DNA of 64,000 nt from Eledone cirrhosa (Eukaryota): positions 425,134,001 through 425,198,000 of the forward strand of contig OZ024740.1 of the NCBI GenBank assembly GCA_964016885.1, in the 5' to 3' direction. Positions 22,466-37,393 of this stretch are shown piece by piece (position 1 is the stretch's first letter; each line of letters begins with the position of its first letter). Under the pieces are notes generated by a model. The model made no database searches and had not been told where the DNA came from. It worked only from the letters and a program-made list of their open reading frames with translations. The position numbers and the translations under genes were made by a program.

Positions 22466-22658
22466 AATAATTGTTTCTACTCTTGGCACAAGGCCAGCAA
22501 TTACGCAGTGTTTTACTGGTACTTTATTTTATCGACCCCGTAAGGATGAAAGGCAAAGTTAATCTCGGCGGGATTTGAACTCAGAATGGAAAGGGCCGTA
22601 ACTCTTTGCGTCAAACCATGGCGTCCGACCCTCTACCGATACTGCCAATCCACCGCCA
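22466..22658 (-). mobile_element. SINE family 1, full length
   Basis: GGCGGTGGATTGGCAGTATCGG (A box) and GAGTTCAAATCC (B box) on the minus strand. Confidence 0.9.
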
Positions 22659-22719
22659 TTGAATAATAATAATTCAACGAGTGATGTAAGCACAGACAAG
22701 TTAACACACACAGACACAG

Positions 22720-23056
<337 letters not shown>

Positions 23057-23086
23057 GTATGTTTTGAAACAGTGAGCAGGTTTGAA

Positions 23087-23287
23087 ATTAGAAAATAGAA
23101 TAGCTTTCACCGTATTTTTGACTAAAGAAATTTTTAGACTGATAATGGGGTTTAGAACCCTGAGATAAATGGAAAAAGATGAGTATTGACGTACATCAAT
23201 ACTCATCTTTTTCCATTTATCTGAGGGTTCTAAACCCCATTATCAGTCTAAAAATGTCTTTAGTCAAAAATACGGTGAAAGCTATTC

Positions 23288-23298
<11 letters not shown>
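23087..23298. repeat. Near-perfect 212-bp palindrome centred on GTAC (23191-23194)
   Basis: The left arm ATTAGAAAATAGAATAGCTTTCACCG... is the reverse complement of the right arm ...CGGTGAAAGCTATTCTATTTTCTAAT, with few mismatches. Confidence 0.92.
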
Positions 23299-23332
<34 letters not shown>

Positions 23333-23338
<6 letters not shown>

Positions 23339-24062
23339 GACGTAAAATAAGAAAATTTAAAAAATTAAAAATTAACTTACTTACTAAAATTTTCACTCCA
23401 ACTAATTAGTTTCTGTAATGGGATAAAGATTGTTACGCAATGTAACCATCGAGAATTCATTACGTCATCAGGGAGTCTATTCTCAGCTAAGTCCCCAGCC
23501 AATGTGCGGACACTAGGGACTCATATAAAAATAATAATTCGGTGGATGGAACAGCTAGCGGGGACTGAATTCCATAGCACTGAAAAAGTTCACTGTCTCT
23601 GGTCAAGTGGCAGATTCTAAAGAATCAATCACGTGACACTGAGGCTAGTCAGTAGGAGTGGGATGGTATTATGACAAGAGCCTTCTACCACTACAATGAT
23701 TTAGCAGTGGATTTGGCAAGTTTGCTCAACAAATAAATAATTTGGAGATAAATATAGAGAATTAGTATATTTACCAACATATGCGTACAGATGTACACTA
23801 ATGCTAGCAAATACATAAGTTATGTCATAGTACCTAGGTGGTTCTATGCAGGGGGATGCAGAACTATTATATGAAAGACGTAAAATAAGAAAATTTTAAA
23901 AGTTAAAAATTAACTTACTTACTAAAATTTTCACTCCAACTAATTAGTTGTAATGGGATAAAGATAGTTACGCAATGTAACCATCGATAATTCATTACGT
24001 CATCAGGGAGCTAGCATTAGTGTACATCTGTACGCATATGTTGGTAAATATACTAATTCTCT
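23333..24062 (-). mobile_element. Non-coding hammerhead-bearing repeat with ~140-bp direct repeats (23333-23476, 23871-24010) and an inverted terminal piece; Penelope pLTR- or retrozyme-like
   Basis: Direct repeat period is ~538 bp. Segment 24011-24062 is an inverted copy of ~23755-23806. Confidence 0.6.
23395..23476 (-). ncRNA. Type I hammerhead ribozyme motif
   Basis: ACUCC-CUGAUGA-c GUAAUG[insert]CAUUAC a-GAAA-CUAAUUAG-UU-GGAGU. Stem I ACUCC/GGAGU; stem III is palindromic. Confidence 0.75.
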
Positions 24063-24087
24063 CTCTCGCTCTCTCTCTATATATATA

Positions 24088-24345
24088 AAGTCAGCTCAAA
24101 AGTGACACAGAGGAGACTGAGGTTAGCTGGACATGCTCACAGGCATCCAGAGTTGACATTGCACTCAGTGCTCCTGTGGGAGCCCCTACATGGACACACT
24201 GGAAGATGAAGACCAAGGTTAACATATGTTGATTCCCTAAGGACAGACACTGGTCTGTTGGAGACGCAGGACATGGCAGCGATAATGAGGAACAGAGACC
24301 GCTGGAGAGAACTCGTCCATGGATCTCGGGAATTTTACCCGCCCT
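24088..24345 (+). mobile_element. RTE-like LINE 3' fragment
   Basis: Translates [43 protein letters not shown]. Confidence 0.75.
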
Positions 24346-24349
24346 AGAT

Positions 24350-25127
<778 letters not shown>

Positions 25128-25140
25128 ATTATATTTAATA

Positions 25141-25520
25141 TTGGCAGTATCGGTAGAGGGTCGGACGCCATGTTTTCCAGCATAGTTACGTCCCTTTACG
25201 ATCTGAGTTCAAATCCCACCGAGGTTGACTTTGCCTTTCATCCTTACGGGGTCGATAAAATAAAGTACCAGTAATACACTGAGATAATTGCTGGCCTTGT
25301 GCCTAAAGTAGAAACAATTATATTTAATATGTAATTGGATTGGCAGTATCGGTAGAGGGTCGGATGACATGCTTTGCAGCACAGTAAAGTCCCTTTACGA
25401 ACTGAGTTCAAATCCTGCCGAGGTTAACTTTGCCTTTCATCTTTACGGGTCGATAAAATAAAGTACCTGTAATACAGTGGGATATTTGCTGGACTTGTGC
25501 CAAAAGTAGAAACAATCATT
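25141..25520 (+). mobile_element. Two tandem SINE family 1 copies (25141-25320, 25336-25520)
   Basis: A/B boxes, core and tail are present in each. Confidence 0.9.
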
Positions 25521-25586
25521 ATATTTAATGTGTAACTTATATATTCATATTTATTCTATTCTAATATCTTCCACACGCACACACTT

Positions 25587-25622
<36 letters not shown>

Positions 25623-25985
25623 GTATATATACACAAGAAAAACTGAAAGAGGTGTAAGATAGACGAGATTGTGGTTGTATGTACAAAGTCTATATGGAGC
25701 AGCAAAAGAATATTAGTAATCTGGTGGCGGTGTCGTTGATGCCGTTACCATTGGTCTTTGAAGTATTGGAGTTTAGTAATTGTTAACAACTCAACATGTT
25801 ACGGGCTCTCAAATGAGAATTCCTGAATAAAACATCTGTTTTTTTGAGCGGTAAGATCAACTATGTGACAAGGCGGAAGACACGCATATGTGAGTTCTTT
25901 GGAAACAGGAGTAGCGGATGTTGTTGTTAAATGGAGAATAGTTACTAAGTAGTCAGTACATTGCATGAGGTCTGAAACTGGTGTC

Positions 25986-26038
<53 letters not shown>

Positions 26039-26145
26039 GTAAGGTTGCATGGATGCGTCCATAGGCGGTATGCCAGTTGAGCATTCTCTCTTTCTCTCTC
26101 TCTATATATATATGTACACACACACCCACCCGCTCACACACACAA

Positions 26146-26201
<56 letters not shown>

Positions 26202-26259
26202 TATAAATATATGCTGGTTGAGGCATTAAATATACGTTAAAATATTTATATATATAGAT

Positions 26260-27401
26260 ATAGTAAACCAGATAGAAAAATGCGTACAGCAAAAAAAAGT
26301 AACATTGTTGGAATATAAGCCTTTAAAAATACAGGACAAGTAACTAAAATAAAACTTTAAAAGAATATGACAAGAAACTAAGATAAAACTTTAAAAGAAT
26401 AGGACAAGAAACTAAGATAAAACTTTAAAAGAATAGGACAAGAAACTAAGATAAAACTTTAAAGAATTGGACAAGAAATAAAAAAATTTACAATAATATT
26501 AGTGACAAAATTTTTATTGATAATAAATCGAGTTCCACATTCATAGGCTCTGGGTCCCACATTCAGAGGTCGTCGTCAGACCGGGGTGATCATTTGATCC
26601 TGGTTTGAACACCAATTGGGCCATAACCATACCCCTATTTCATCATTCGGCGACACGCCTCATGTGTCATGCATAATGTGAATGGACCCATGGGCCCATG
26701 CGCACAGATCTTGAGCAGCAGCGGACGGTCTTGTCGTCCCGCTCATCCTTGATCTTGACCAACCTGTCCATCTTCTCCTTGCATCTTGTCCTTGAGTTCA
26801 AGTCCAGCAGTCCAGATGAATGCGTGCCACAGCTTTCTGGTACAGGAAGGGGGAGCAGGAGGACTGGAGGGATGACGGGACAGAGGGAGGGAGGACCGGT
26901 GGTTGAGGGAGGTGCCGTAGTCGGTGGTCAGAGTCGATATCTTGTCCCGGTCGTATTTTCCATCTTCGTCTGGTGTTGCGGGACCAGAAGTGCATTCTTG
27001 GAGGAGACCTGCAGCTGCATCGGCCAATTCTTCTTGCAATGGTCATTCTGACGGAGCAGAACTGCTCAGCCAACCAACCCCAACCAGAACCAACCGCTCA
27101 GGGGCAACGCACAATGAGAGCATGACAATTATTATGCACTAATCAAGAAGATACTGGGGCATAGCACAGGAAACGAATAAAAAAATGTTGCCACTAATAT
27201 TATTGTAAAATTTTTTATTTCTTGTCCAATTCTTTAAAGTATTATCTTAGTTTCTTGTCCTATTCTTTTAAAGTTTTATTTTAGTTTCTTGTCCTATTCT
27301 TTTAAAGTTTTATTTTAGTTTCTTGTCCTGTATTTTTAAAGGTTTATTTTCCAACAATATTACTTTTTTTTGCTGTACGCATTTTTCTATCTGGTCTACT
27401 A
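26260..27401. mobile_element. Non-autonomous long-TIR (foldback-like) DNA transposon with GC-rich interior
   Basis: ~220-255-bp inverted arms starting ATAGTARACCAGATAGAAAAATGCGTACAGC, each with 34-bp subrepeats (AGGACAAGAAACTAAGATAAAACTTTAAAAGAAT). Confidence 0.8.
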
Positions 27402-28919
27402 TTTTTTAAGGCAATGCAAGCAACAACTATCTAATAATTAAATGATCATAGTGAATCGGTCCGACAAAGGTGTCAGTCAGACAGACAGTCAGACAGTGTC
27501 ACAGTCGGTGCGACAAAGCGATCGATGCGATTAAAACAAATTTAACTCACATGTTTACCTATATTTTCGCAAACTATTGATAGATTGGTACAAAAAATAG
27601 CTTTGATAATAAACATAAATTTTTAACGAAGTATTTAAAAAGCATTTTAGCAGTGAAAAGTGAAGTAATGTTTCACACTGACGCAAGTAGGGCCGTTCAG
27701 AAATGACGTAGTCAATTAGGAGGAGGGGATTCGGCGATTTGACTACATTTGACTAACGTAATCACAATTACAAGAGTTCCGCCGAAAAAAATGCGTCATT
27801 TCTGGATTACCTCTCCTAGCGTCACGCTTACTACTCACTCACTTGAACACAAGATTTATCAGCAAACTTTGATTATAAACTTTTTTCCCGCTGGACCAAA
27901 TTTCTAGATTTTTAAGCCAAAAGATGCGAAATGATCTACTGTTCATGCTCATATAAGTTTTATATCAGTTAAATAAAGGAGAGCCGCGCTGTACTGTCGT
28001 AAACAGACGATTGCCAACGAAAACACGACCACAACAATATTACTAAACGGACTACCGCCCGTTTAGGATATATACTCAAACCCATGCGTACACACATACA
28101 CACACACATATCTGTATTACTAAAACAGAGAATGTCTGTTTGTCTGTCTGTCTGACCAATCACTAAAACTCGAGAACCACCCAACCGATTGTTTTCAAAT
28201 TTTACACATGTAATACTTATGGTCCTATTGAGTGTTTTGAGCAAACAAATTCATGTTTTCAATACCCTAGGGACCGAATTAGGCGATTTAGCGATCTCTT
28301 TCACTCTCTCTTAGTCTTTCTCTTTTTAGACACATACATACATATTACGTCGCGCCATTATAATATCTATCTGTATGCCTTACTGTCTGCATTACGTCAT
28401 TATGACGCGATCAGTGTGTGTGTGTATATATGTATATATAGTGTGTATGTATATATATATATTCTTATGCCAGGGAACATCTTCAAGAACCAAAGTATCG
28501 TCTTCCTGTTTTCCTTCGGTAGCAACGTTTTTCGAAATATTTACTTCTGCGTTCACAGATTTATTATTTTAGTTTCAGAAGATCCCGTTAAGGATGAAAG
28601 CAGCGATTCTTTGCTTATACTTTAATCTGTTATTTTAATATATAGTAATAATAATAAATTTCAAGACTAAAATCCAAAGAGGGCTCGATAAGGATAAATA
28701 TATATCAAATATATAAGAACCGTAGAGCAAATATTTATTAAAATAACAGATTAAAGTTTAAGCAAAGAATCGCTGCTTTCACCCTTAACGGGATCTTCTG
28801 AAACTAATAAAGTCAATCTGTAAACGCAGAAGTGGATATTTCAAAAAACGTTGCAACCGGAGGAAGACAGGAAGACGATACTTTGGTTCGTGGGAACGTT
28901 CCCTGGCAAAGAACGGGAA

Positions 28920-29826
28920 AAAGCCGAATGATACGCTTAATTACATAAGTAAGCATTCCAACCATCCTGCCAGCATAACCAAGAACCTGGTAAGAAACGT
29001 TTCGTTGAGGCTTTCCCGTCTATCTACTAATGAGCATATTTTCAACGACCATTCCACTTATTACAATGAAGCTCTTGCTCGGAGTGGATTTGTCGATAAG
29101 GTAGCATATACAGAGTACAAAAATCGACCTAGAAGAAATAGATCCCGTCGCATTTATGGGTATAACCCACCATATAATATGGAGGTGGCCACACCATTAG
29201 CTAAGAGCTTTCTTTCCCTTATTACGAAGCATTTTCCCCCTACACATAAATATAGTAAAATTTTTAATAGAAATACTATTAAAATTTCTTACTCTACGAC
29301 TCCTAACCTTGCACATAACATCACAGCTTCAAATTTAGCTAAACTACCTAGCCGTAGGAACACGTGCAACCCTGTAGTTAGTACTAACTGTAATTGTAGG
29401 AATCGGGTTGATTGCCCCCTATCCGGGAAATGCCTCTCTAATAACATTGTCTACAAATGTAAGGTTGAAACACCCACGTCCCGTAGGGCCTACATAGGGT
29501 TAACCGCCAATAGATTCAAGCAGCGTCTTTACATGCATACCCATTCTTTTCGTTACCCTCTAAGAAGGAATATGACGTCACTTTCAGCTTATATCTGGAG
29601 TCTAAAAGACAACCTCACCCAAAATAAGTTACACTGGGAGATCCTGGCTAGGGCTAGATCGTATAACGGAAATAAAAGACCATGTGACCTCTGCGCCGCT
29701 GAGGCCCTGGAAATACTCTACGCCGCAGTCCACATCTTAAACAAAAAATCTGAGGCAATTTCGGCTTGTAAACATAAATTGCACAAAACTTTCCTGTATT
29801 ACAGCCCCCCCCCCATTATACCCTAA
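28920..29826 (+). CDS. Penelope RT thumb plus GIY-YIG endonuclease (truncated)
   Basis: KPND..YISKHSNHP, YNPPYN, KISYSTTPN, CNCR...CPLSGKC..NIVYKC...YIGLT..FKQR...H...CDLC..E. Confidence 0.9.
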
Positions 29827-30235
29827 CGGATAGCACGATCTATACGTGCATATTTTACGTCTTGATGTGGTAGCTAAGTATATGTTATGTTTATACCATT
29901 ACTTATTTGCATAGGTAAGTATATATTACCTGTATATTTTGTGAGGGTACGTATACTTTCTCGTACGTATATTTGATTGTATATGTTATGGCGTATAATT
30001 TTATGTATTCTGGTACATATGGTTTGGTTATGTGTATACGGCAGTTTTTCGTCTGCGTGAGTATGCAGGTTCGTACGTATGTAGGGTGTGTGTATATGTG
30101 TACTTCATGTTTTTTTTGACGTACGTATCCGAACATTTGTGTATTTACATGTAGGTATGTGTGTGCGCTTGTTATATACGTATTTATTTATTTATATACA
30201 TTTATTTATTTATTTATTTATTTGTATACACGCAC

Positions 30236-30325
<90 letters not shown>

Positions 30326-30845
30326 TTATATGTGCGTGGTTTTGTATACCTATGGCAAGTGTTTTCGCGTATGTTTGTGTATGTACGTATTTGCATGCGT
30401 GTATGTATTTATTTAATTTCTATTACCTCTGTATTGTATTTTTTAACTTTATTCTTAACTCTGAAGCGGGGATTCTTTCGGTTTCCTAGTTAGAATTTTA
30501 GTCTACGACTTCAGCTATACCGTTTACGTGGTTTTGTCTTTGCGTGCAATTGTTCTCCACGCTCCACATATGACGTATTATCTTCGTTTTTTCCGTTCTT
30601 TGCAAGAGAACGTCTCTATGAACCACCTAAGAGAACATTCGTCTACGACTTTTTTATATCATAAACGTGGTTCTGTTTTTGCGCGTAATTGTTTTTCACC
30701 GCTCCTATTAATGACGTATCATATTCGTTTTTTCCCGTTCTTTGCCAGGGAACGTTTCCACGAACCAAAGTACCGTCTTCCTGTCTTCCTCCGGCTGCAA
30801 CTTTTTTTGAAATATCCACTTCTGCGTTTACAGATTGACTTTGTT

Positions 30846-30896
30846 AGTTTCAGAAGATCCCGTTAAGGGTGAAAGCAGCGATTCTTTGCTTAAACT
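30846..30896 (+). ncRNA. Variant type I hammerhead motif in Penelope pLTR (core CAGAAGA)
   Basis: AGUUU-CAGAAGA-uCCC guuaa GGGu-GAAA-GCA..UGC-UU-AAACU. Copies at ~28571 (+), ~28755-28805 (-) and a deleted copy at ~31015 (-). Confidence 0.55.
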
Positions 30897-30911
30897 TTAA
30901 TCTGTTATTTT

Positions 30912-30998
<87 letters not shown>

Positions 30999-31154
30999 AA
31001 AATAACAGATTAAAGTTTTAGCAAAGAATCGCTTAACGGGATCTTCTGAAACTAAAAGAGTCAATCTGTAAATATTTATCCTTATCGAACCCTCTTTGGA
31101 TTTTAGTCTTCAAATTTATTATTATTACTATATATATATATATATATATATATA

Positions 31155-31821
31155 TGATAAACACGAAATGTGTTTACATTGCAACAGACAAAGTTAGCTA
31201 TTAATGAAATAAACTAATTAAAGTGAATACAATTTGTCTGTCTCGATATAAGTCAATAAAGACAAGCTTATATTGGCAACGGCCATGATTCCTGGACAGA
31301 TTTAAATTTCAAAATTCAAACCTGTTCTGTAGACGAATTTGAACCTCGAAACCCAAATCAGTTTCGCAATGGTAGTATGTGAATTGAAAAATAAAGAGAA
31401 TCGAAATGGAATAGAAATAAAAAGTGAAATATCCAAATCTTCTGTGCTTATCAACAGGAATCCAGTAAAATTAGTACACCTCACATCAAAAATTTTGCAG
31501 GTCTGACTACACGTGCGTAGGCAGGCCAAACTAGCCGTCCCACATTCACGGTGCTAGAAATAACAGCCGCTTATGCAGGATTAAGGATCAGCTCTACAAT
31601 AAAGGAGCCATACACTATATTATATTTTGAGAATAAACTCTCAGTCGTTTACAATAATTAAGCTCCAGGAAAAGGGGCTCTTCCGAGCAGTTAAATACAT
31701 TAAAATATATGATAAACACGAAATGTGTTTACATTGCAACAGACAAAGTTAGCTATTAATGAAATAAACTAATTAAAGTGAATACAATTTGTCTGTCTCG
31801 ATATAAGTCAATAAAGACAAG
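31155..31821. repeat. ~112-bp direct duplication (31155-31266 and 31710-31821)
   Basis: TGATAAACACGAAATGTG...TCAATAAAGACAAGC occurs twice. Confidence 0.85.
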
Positions 31822-31854
31822 CATACCGTGGTGAACTAACTGTTGTGTAACCAC

Positions 31855-31899
<45 letters not shown>

Positions 31900-32659
31900 T
31901 ATATTCCTGTACAGATATTTTTGCATACACATATAAACAAAAGTATTTATTTCGCGATAAAGTATTGATTTTCTTCGAAAAAACCCTGGTAATGTACGAC
32001 GAACTTTTTTTTATAAGCACAAAATGTAGACACAAACCCGAGGCCGAGGTATTCCGTACTTCTCTGTACTGTTATTTATGTATTCGTGTACTGATATTTC
32101 TGCATACACAATAATAAAATATAAACAAACGTATTTACTTCACGAGGCTCGAGAAGGATAAATATATATCAAATATATAAGAACCCTAGCGCAAATCCCG
32201 ATCGACGCCGGGCCATTCTGCTAGTATTATGCTAAAATCTGTCACAAACCCATTTACCCAGTGGGTACCCCCAGTTTATTGTTGTTAAGCAACTAACAGT
32301 TAACATTTAGTTGCTGCTGATAATCATATTGAAATTGAAAAACATGAAAAAAAAATGAAACTCGGGAATAGAGATTGCGATGATAAGACCAACACCATAA
32401 CCACTGGGCCATTACGATCATACCTATCTATTAAAAGGTACAATCCATCAAATATGCTTCCGTCAACACACATTCACCTGCAAAGCTTATGGAAGGTATT
32501 TACTCAAATATAATGTTTTAGGTGTGGTGTTGTTGTTGGTGTAAATGGGACATTTAGTGTTGTGGATTATGATGTATGTTCCTATTGGTGGCGTAATCAG
32601 AAAAACCTATAACCAAACGCATTCCAGCTCTATTACCAAAGCGTGATTCAAAACCTTTG

Positions 32660-33135
32660 AAGGTCACAGGCTGGAAGAATGGGGGATATAAGAAGCAGTG
32701 CCAATACCCAAGAAAGGTAACCTTACTATCTGCACCAACTATAGAGACATCAATCTTACACAGATATACAATAGAATGATCCTAATTAGAATCAGACCAT
32801 TTATCGACAACATTCTACATTCCAGCCAACATGGATTTCAGCCATCTTGCTCTACTACCTCACATATTGTGGCTCTAAGAAATATTGTTGAGGAGCTACG
32901 GACTCACAAAAAGGAGGCAGCCATTATATTCATAGATTTCAAGAAGGCTTTTGATTCGGTCGATCGAAAGATGCGCAAAATTCCTCTTGCGTATGGGATG
33001 CCTCATCAGATCATGAATATAATTACAGTCAAGTACGAGAATATGTTTGCACTTGTAATGACAACCGAAAAAAACTCAAATCTATTCTCCATTGATACCG
33101 GAGTCGTCCAGGTAGATCCTCTGACCCATTTCAGA
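32660..33135 (+). mobile_element. RTE-like reverse transcriptase fragment
   Basis: PIPKKGNL..CTNYR..IYNRMIL..QHGF..FIDFKKAFDSVDR..TGVVQ. Confidence 0.85.
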
Positions 33136-33294
33136 TCCCTGGTGATAGGCGGACACATATATATCATACACAAAACGCCAGCACTAACAGTTTTCCAAGC
33201 GATATCAACATGAATGGACCTGTTATTTTTATCTAAAGACATTTTTTACAACTCCAGCCACCCGTCCCCTCAATCTATCCTATTTCTCATTCTT

Positions 33295-33375
33295 TCTTCT
33301 GATGAAGGAATAGCGTCCGAAACGTTAAGTCCCTCTTCCTGCTATATCAAGAGTTAACCTAATATATCCTTCCAT
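33295..33375 (+). repeat. Penelope-pLTR-like remnant with minimal hammerhead-like core; related copy at ~61018-61095
   Basis: CTGATGA-a-GGA atagcg TCC-GAAACGTTA. Downstream sequence is shared with the 61021 copy. Stem I is weak. Confidence 0.45.
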
Positions 33376-33429
33376 ATACTGTACCGATTGTGTTGTTACT
33401 TCTATTTACCTTTTACATGTATATATATT

Positions 33430-33461
<32 letters not shown>

Positions 33462-33501
33462 CAGCTCTTGGAAAATTGTTGGTGCTGGCGTTTTGTGTAT
33501 G

Positions 33502-33552
<51 letters not shown>

Positions 33553-33702
33553 TTATGTCCTTGAGCAAGACACTTTATTTCACGTTGCTCCTTCTACCTG
33601 GAGTTGTGACCGACAGATAGTATTAGCAATTGGAAAGACCAATGGAAACATTGATTCATCTGTCCGACTTGACGGAAGTCGATCGTCTCTCGATATATAT
33701 TC

Positions 33703-33780
<78 letters not shown>

Positions 33781-34149
33781 GCGGTAGGACTGCCGACTGC
33801 TATATCTAATTTGCTAAGCTGTCTGAACATAATGTTATACTCTGGGGTCTTACCTCATCTGAGTGCTAAACCTACAAACCGAATAAGCATACACGCTAGC
33901 TTGGCCGTATACTAGAGCTTCGTCTATGCTGTACTAAAATTTATATATATATATGAAAAAGTGAGTCCTTCATCAGTGACCCTCCAACCGTCCTCGGCAT
34001 TTCATCGCTTTAAGGGCCATATGCCTCAGGTTGGTGCGAACAACGGCTAAAAAAAGTCGTTGGGACACGTAAATAAAGGGGGACGCTAGAGTAACAACAA
34101 AAAGGTTTAAGCAACGGAAAGTGAGTAGTATATATATGTATACATATAC

Positions 34150-34250
<101 letters not shown>

Positions 34251-34948
34251 CACATACACATATATATGTATACGTATATATATAATTGGTCCGATGCACT
34301 TTTGTTTTCTGTAAACATGAAACCAACGTTAAAATGTGCAGCAGAGAGCAGAGATAATGAAATAATTCAAACACTATTGCTGTCTGAATCAAAATTCTTT
34401 TGACAACTTATCGACAATAATACTATTGTAAAAGCTTTGTTAGGTGAGATGAAGCAGAGTGTGTGTGGCGGAAAACATCATGGCGTACTGCTGTGAATAA
34501 TGATGAATGAAGAAAATATAAAGCACCCACAGGAGTGAAATTTATTTCAGTATAAAACATCTTCCTGTGTCAATTAGTCGACATGAATGATCGGTGTTGG
34601 CATTGGTAAGAGTTTCGAGTGAGGTTTGGGGGTTTAGGTAGAGAGAAATGGAATATGATGTCTGGCAGAGGAGATAGTAGTCTTGGCGAATGGTTCCATG
34701 TATTCTTTAGAACGATATTGATCATACTTTTATTATATATATTTATTTATTTATTTTACGATGTTCCACGGTAGAGGAGAGTAAAAAGAGATGTTTGTTT
34801 TGACACTAACTTGAAGTTTTATAAGCAAGCAGAAAAACTCCAGATGTCGCCAGCGATTTGCTTTAATAATTAGAATGTGTTAGCAAGCTGCTGGGGCACT
34901 GCAAGACCGAAATATATGCAGTGAGAGGAGCTGTTCTCTCTCTTTTCT

Positions 34949-35963
<1,015 letters not shown>

Positions 35964-37071
35964 TCTGTTATAATCGCTGGGAGCTTCTACACGCGTCAGT
36001 GCAATCGAATTAAAAGTTGAATTATAAGGGTAAGTGGGCTAGAAAATGCTAAACTATCACCACCACCGCCAACACCAACATCACCAACACCACCATCACC
36101 AACACCAACAACAGCGATAAGAACATCATCATCAACAACAACAACAACCGCGACAACAAGAACATCAGCATGAAAACAACAGCAACATCATCTAATGCAT
36201 AATTTAATGATTTAAAATCTCCAAAAGGGCAATCGGTAATATATTTCGATATCCACCATCTTTGCTGTGAGAAGCCAAATACCAAGAAACAAGCAAATAT
36301 TGAATGCATAAATAAATAAATTAACAAATAAATAAATGAATAAATAAATAAATAGATAAATAAATAAATTAATTAACAAATGAATAAATAAGCAAATTAA
36401 TAAAAAAGAAATCAACAAATAAATAAATTCGAATGAAATAAAATAAATTGCAATCGATAAGCTGTAAAAATACATTTTTTTTATCGATATGCCAGAATAA
36501 AAGCAGTATCTATGACCTGTTCTGGGTTTGGAGATTATTGGGAAGTGGGTGGGGGGGGGGGGGGTATCTACAACCAGATCATTGGTCCGAACGCAGCTGG
36601 GGCAATTTCGCTTAAGGTCCCTATGGATGTTAAACCGGTTGACGGAATAAGTTTATCATCCAAGAGTCAGAATATATATTGTAAAGCTGGTAATTTAAGG
36701 ACTCCACCTGTTTGCGGTCACAAATTGGTATATATTTATCAAATCCGGAAGGATAGAAGCTAAAGTTGGACCCATGGGATTTGAACTCAGAACATTGGTG
36801 CAAAATTCAAATATTTATCAGCACTCAATCAAGCGAAGGAGGCACCTACAGGATCACACGGCCTGCTAGAAATATCAGCTAAATTTTGTAAAGACATATT
36901 AGATGTTGTGCTATTGGATTCCCTGCACATTTGAAAAGTACTGAACATCTTTGATCATAGCGTTGCTAGAGAAGACAGACAAGGGCCCCAAGATGACAAC
37001 AGTATACCTCAGTACTGTGTCATAATAATCAGGAAAACTACATGAAACCAGAAACAAAATAATGGTTTCCG

Positions 37072-37393
37072 AGTGAGATACAAGGCCAACAGTTTTCTAG
37101 GAGAAAGTCGATTAAATCGACCCCAGTGCATCACTGGTACTTTCTTTTGCTGATACCGTAAGGATGAAAGGCAAAGCTAATCTCGACAGGATTTGAATAT
37201 CAAAATGTAGAGGGACGTAACTCTATGCCGCAAAGCAATACGCGTTACCAACACTGCCAATCTGCAGAAACAAAATAATTGTTTCTACTTTTGGCACAAT
37301 GCCAGCAATTATCCCAGTACATTACTGGTACTTTATTTTATCGACCCCGTCAGGATGAAAGGCAAAGTTAACCTCGGCGGGATTTGAACTCAG
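37072..37393 (-). mobile_element. Two SINE family 1 copies (one 5'-truncated)
   Basis: Core and B box on the minus strand. Confidence 0.8.

Larger units (their letters stand above)
28738..30913 (+). mobile_element. 5'-truncated Penelope-like element with an inverted pLTR copy upstream
   Basis: 28738-28935 is the reverse complement of 30715-30913. Further pLTR pieces at ~28465-28640 (+) and ~30995-31070 (-). Confidence 0.85.
28111..32224 (+). mobile_element. Non-autonomous Helitron termini enclosing a Penelope insertion
   Basis: 5' A|TCTGTATTACTAAAA...(GTCT)n; 3' hairpin CCCG-ATCGACGC-CGGG followed by CTAG|T. Confidence 0.6.
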
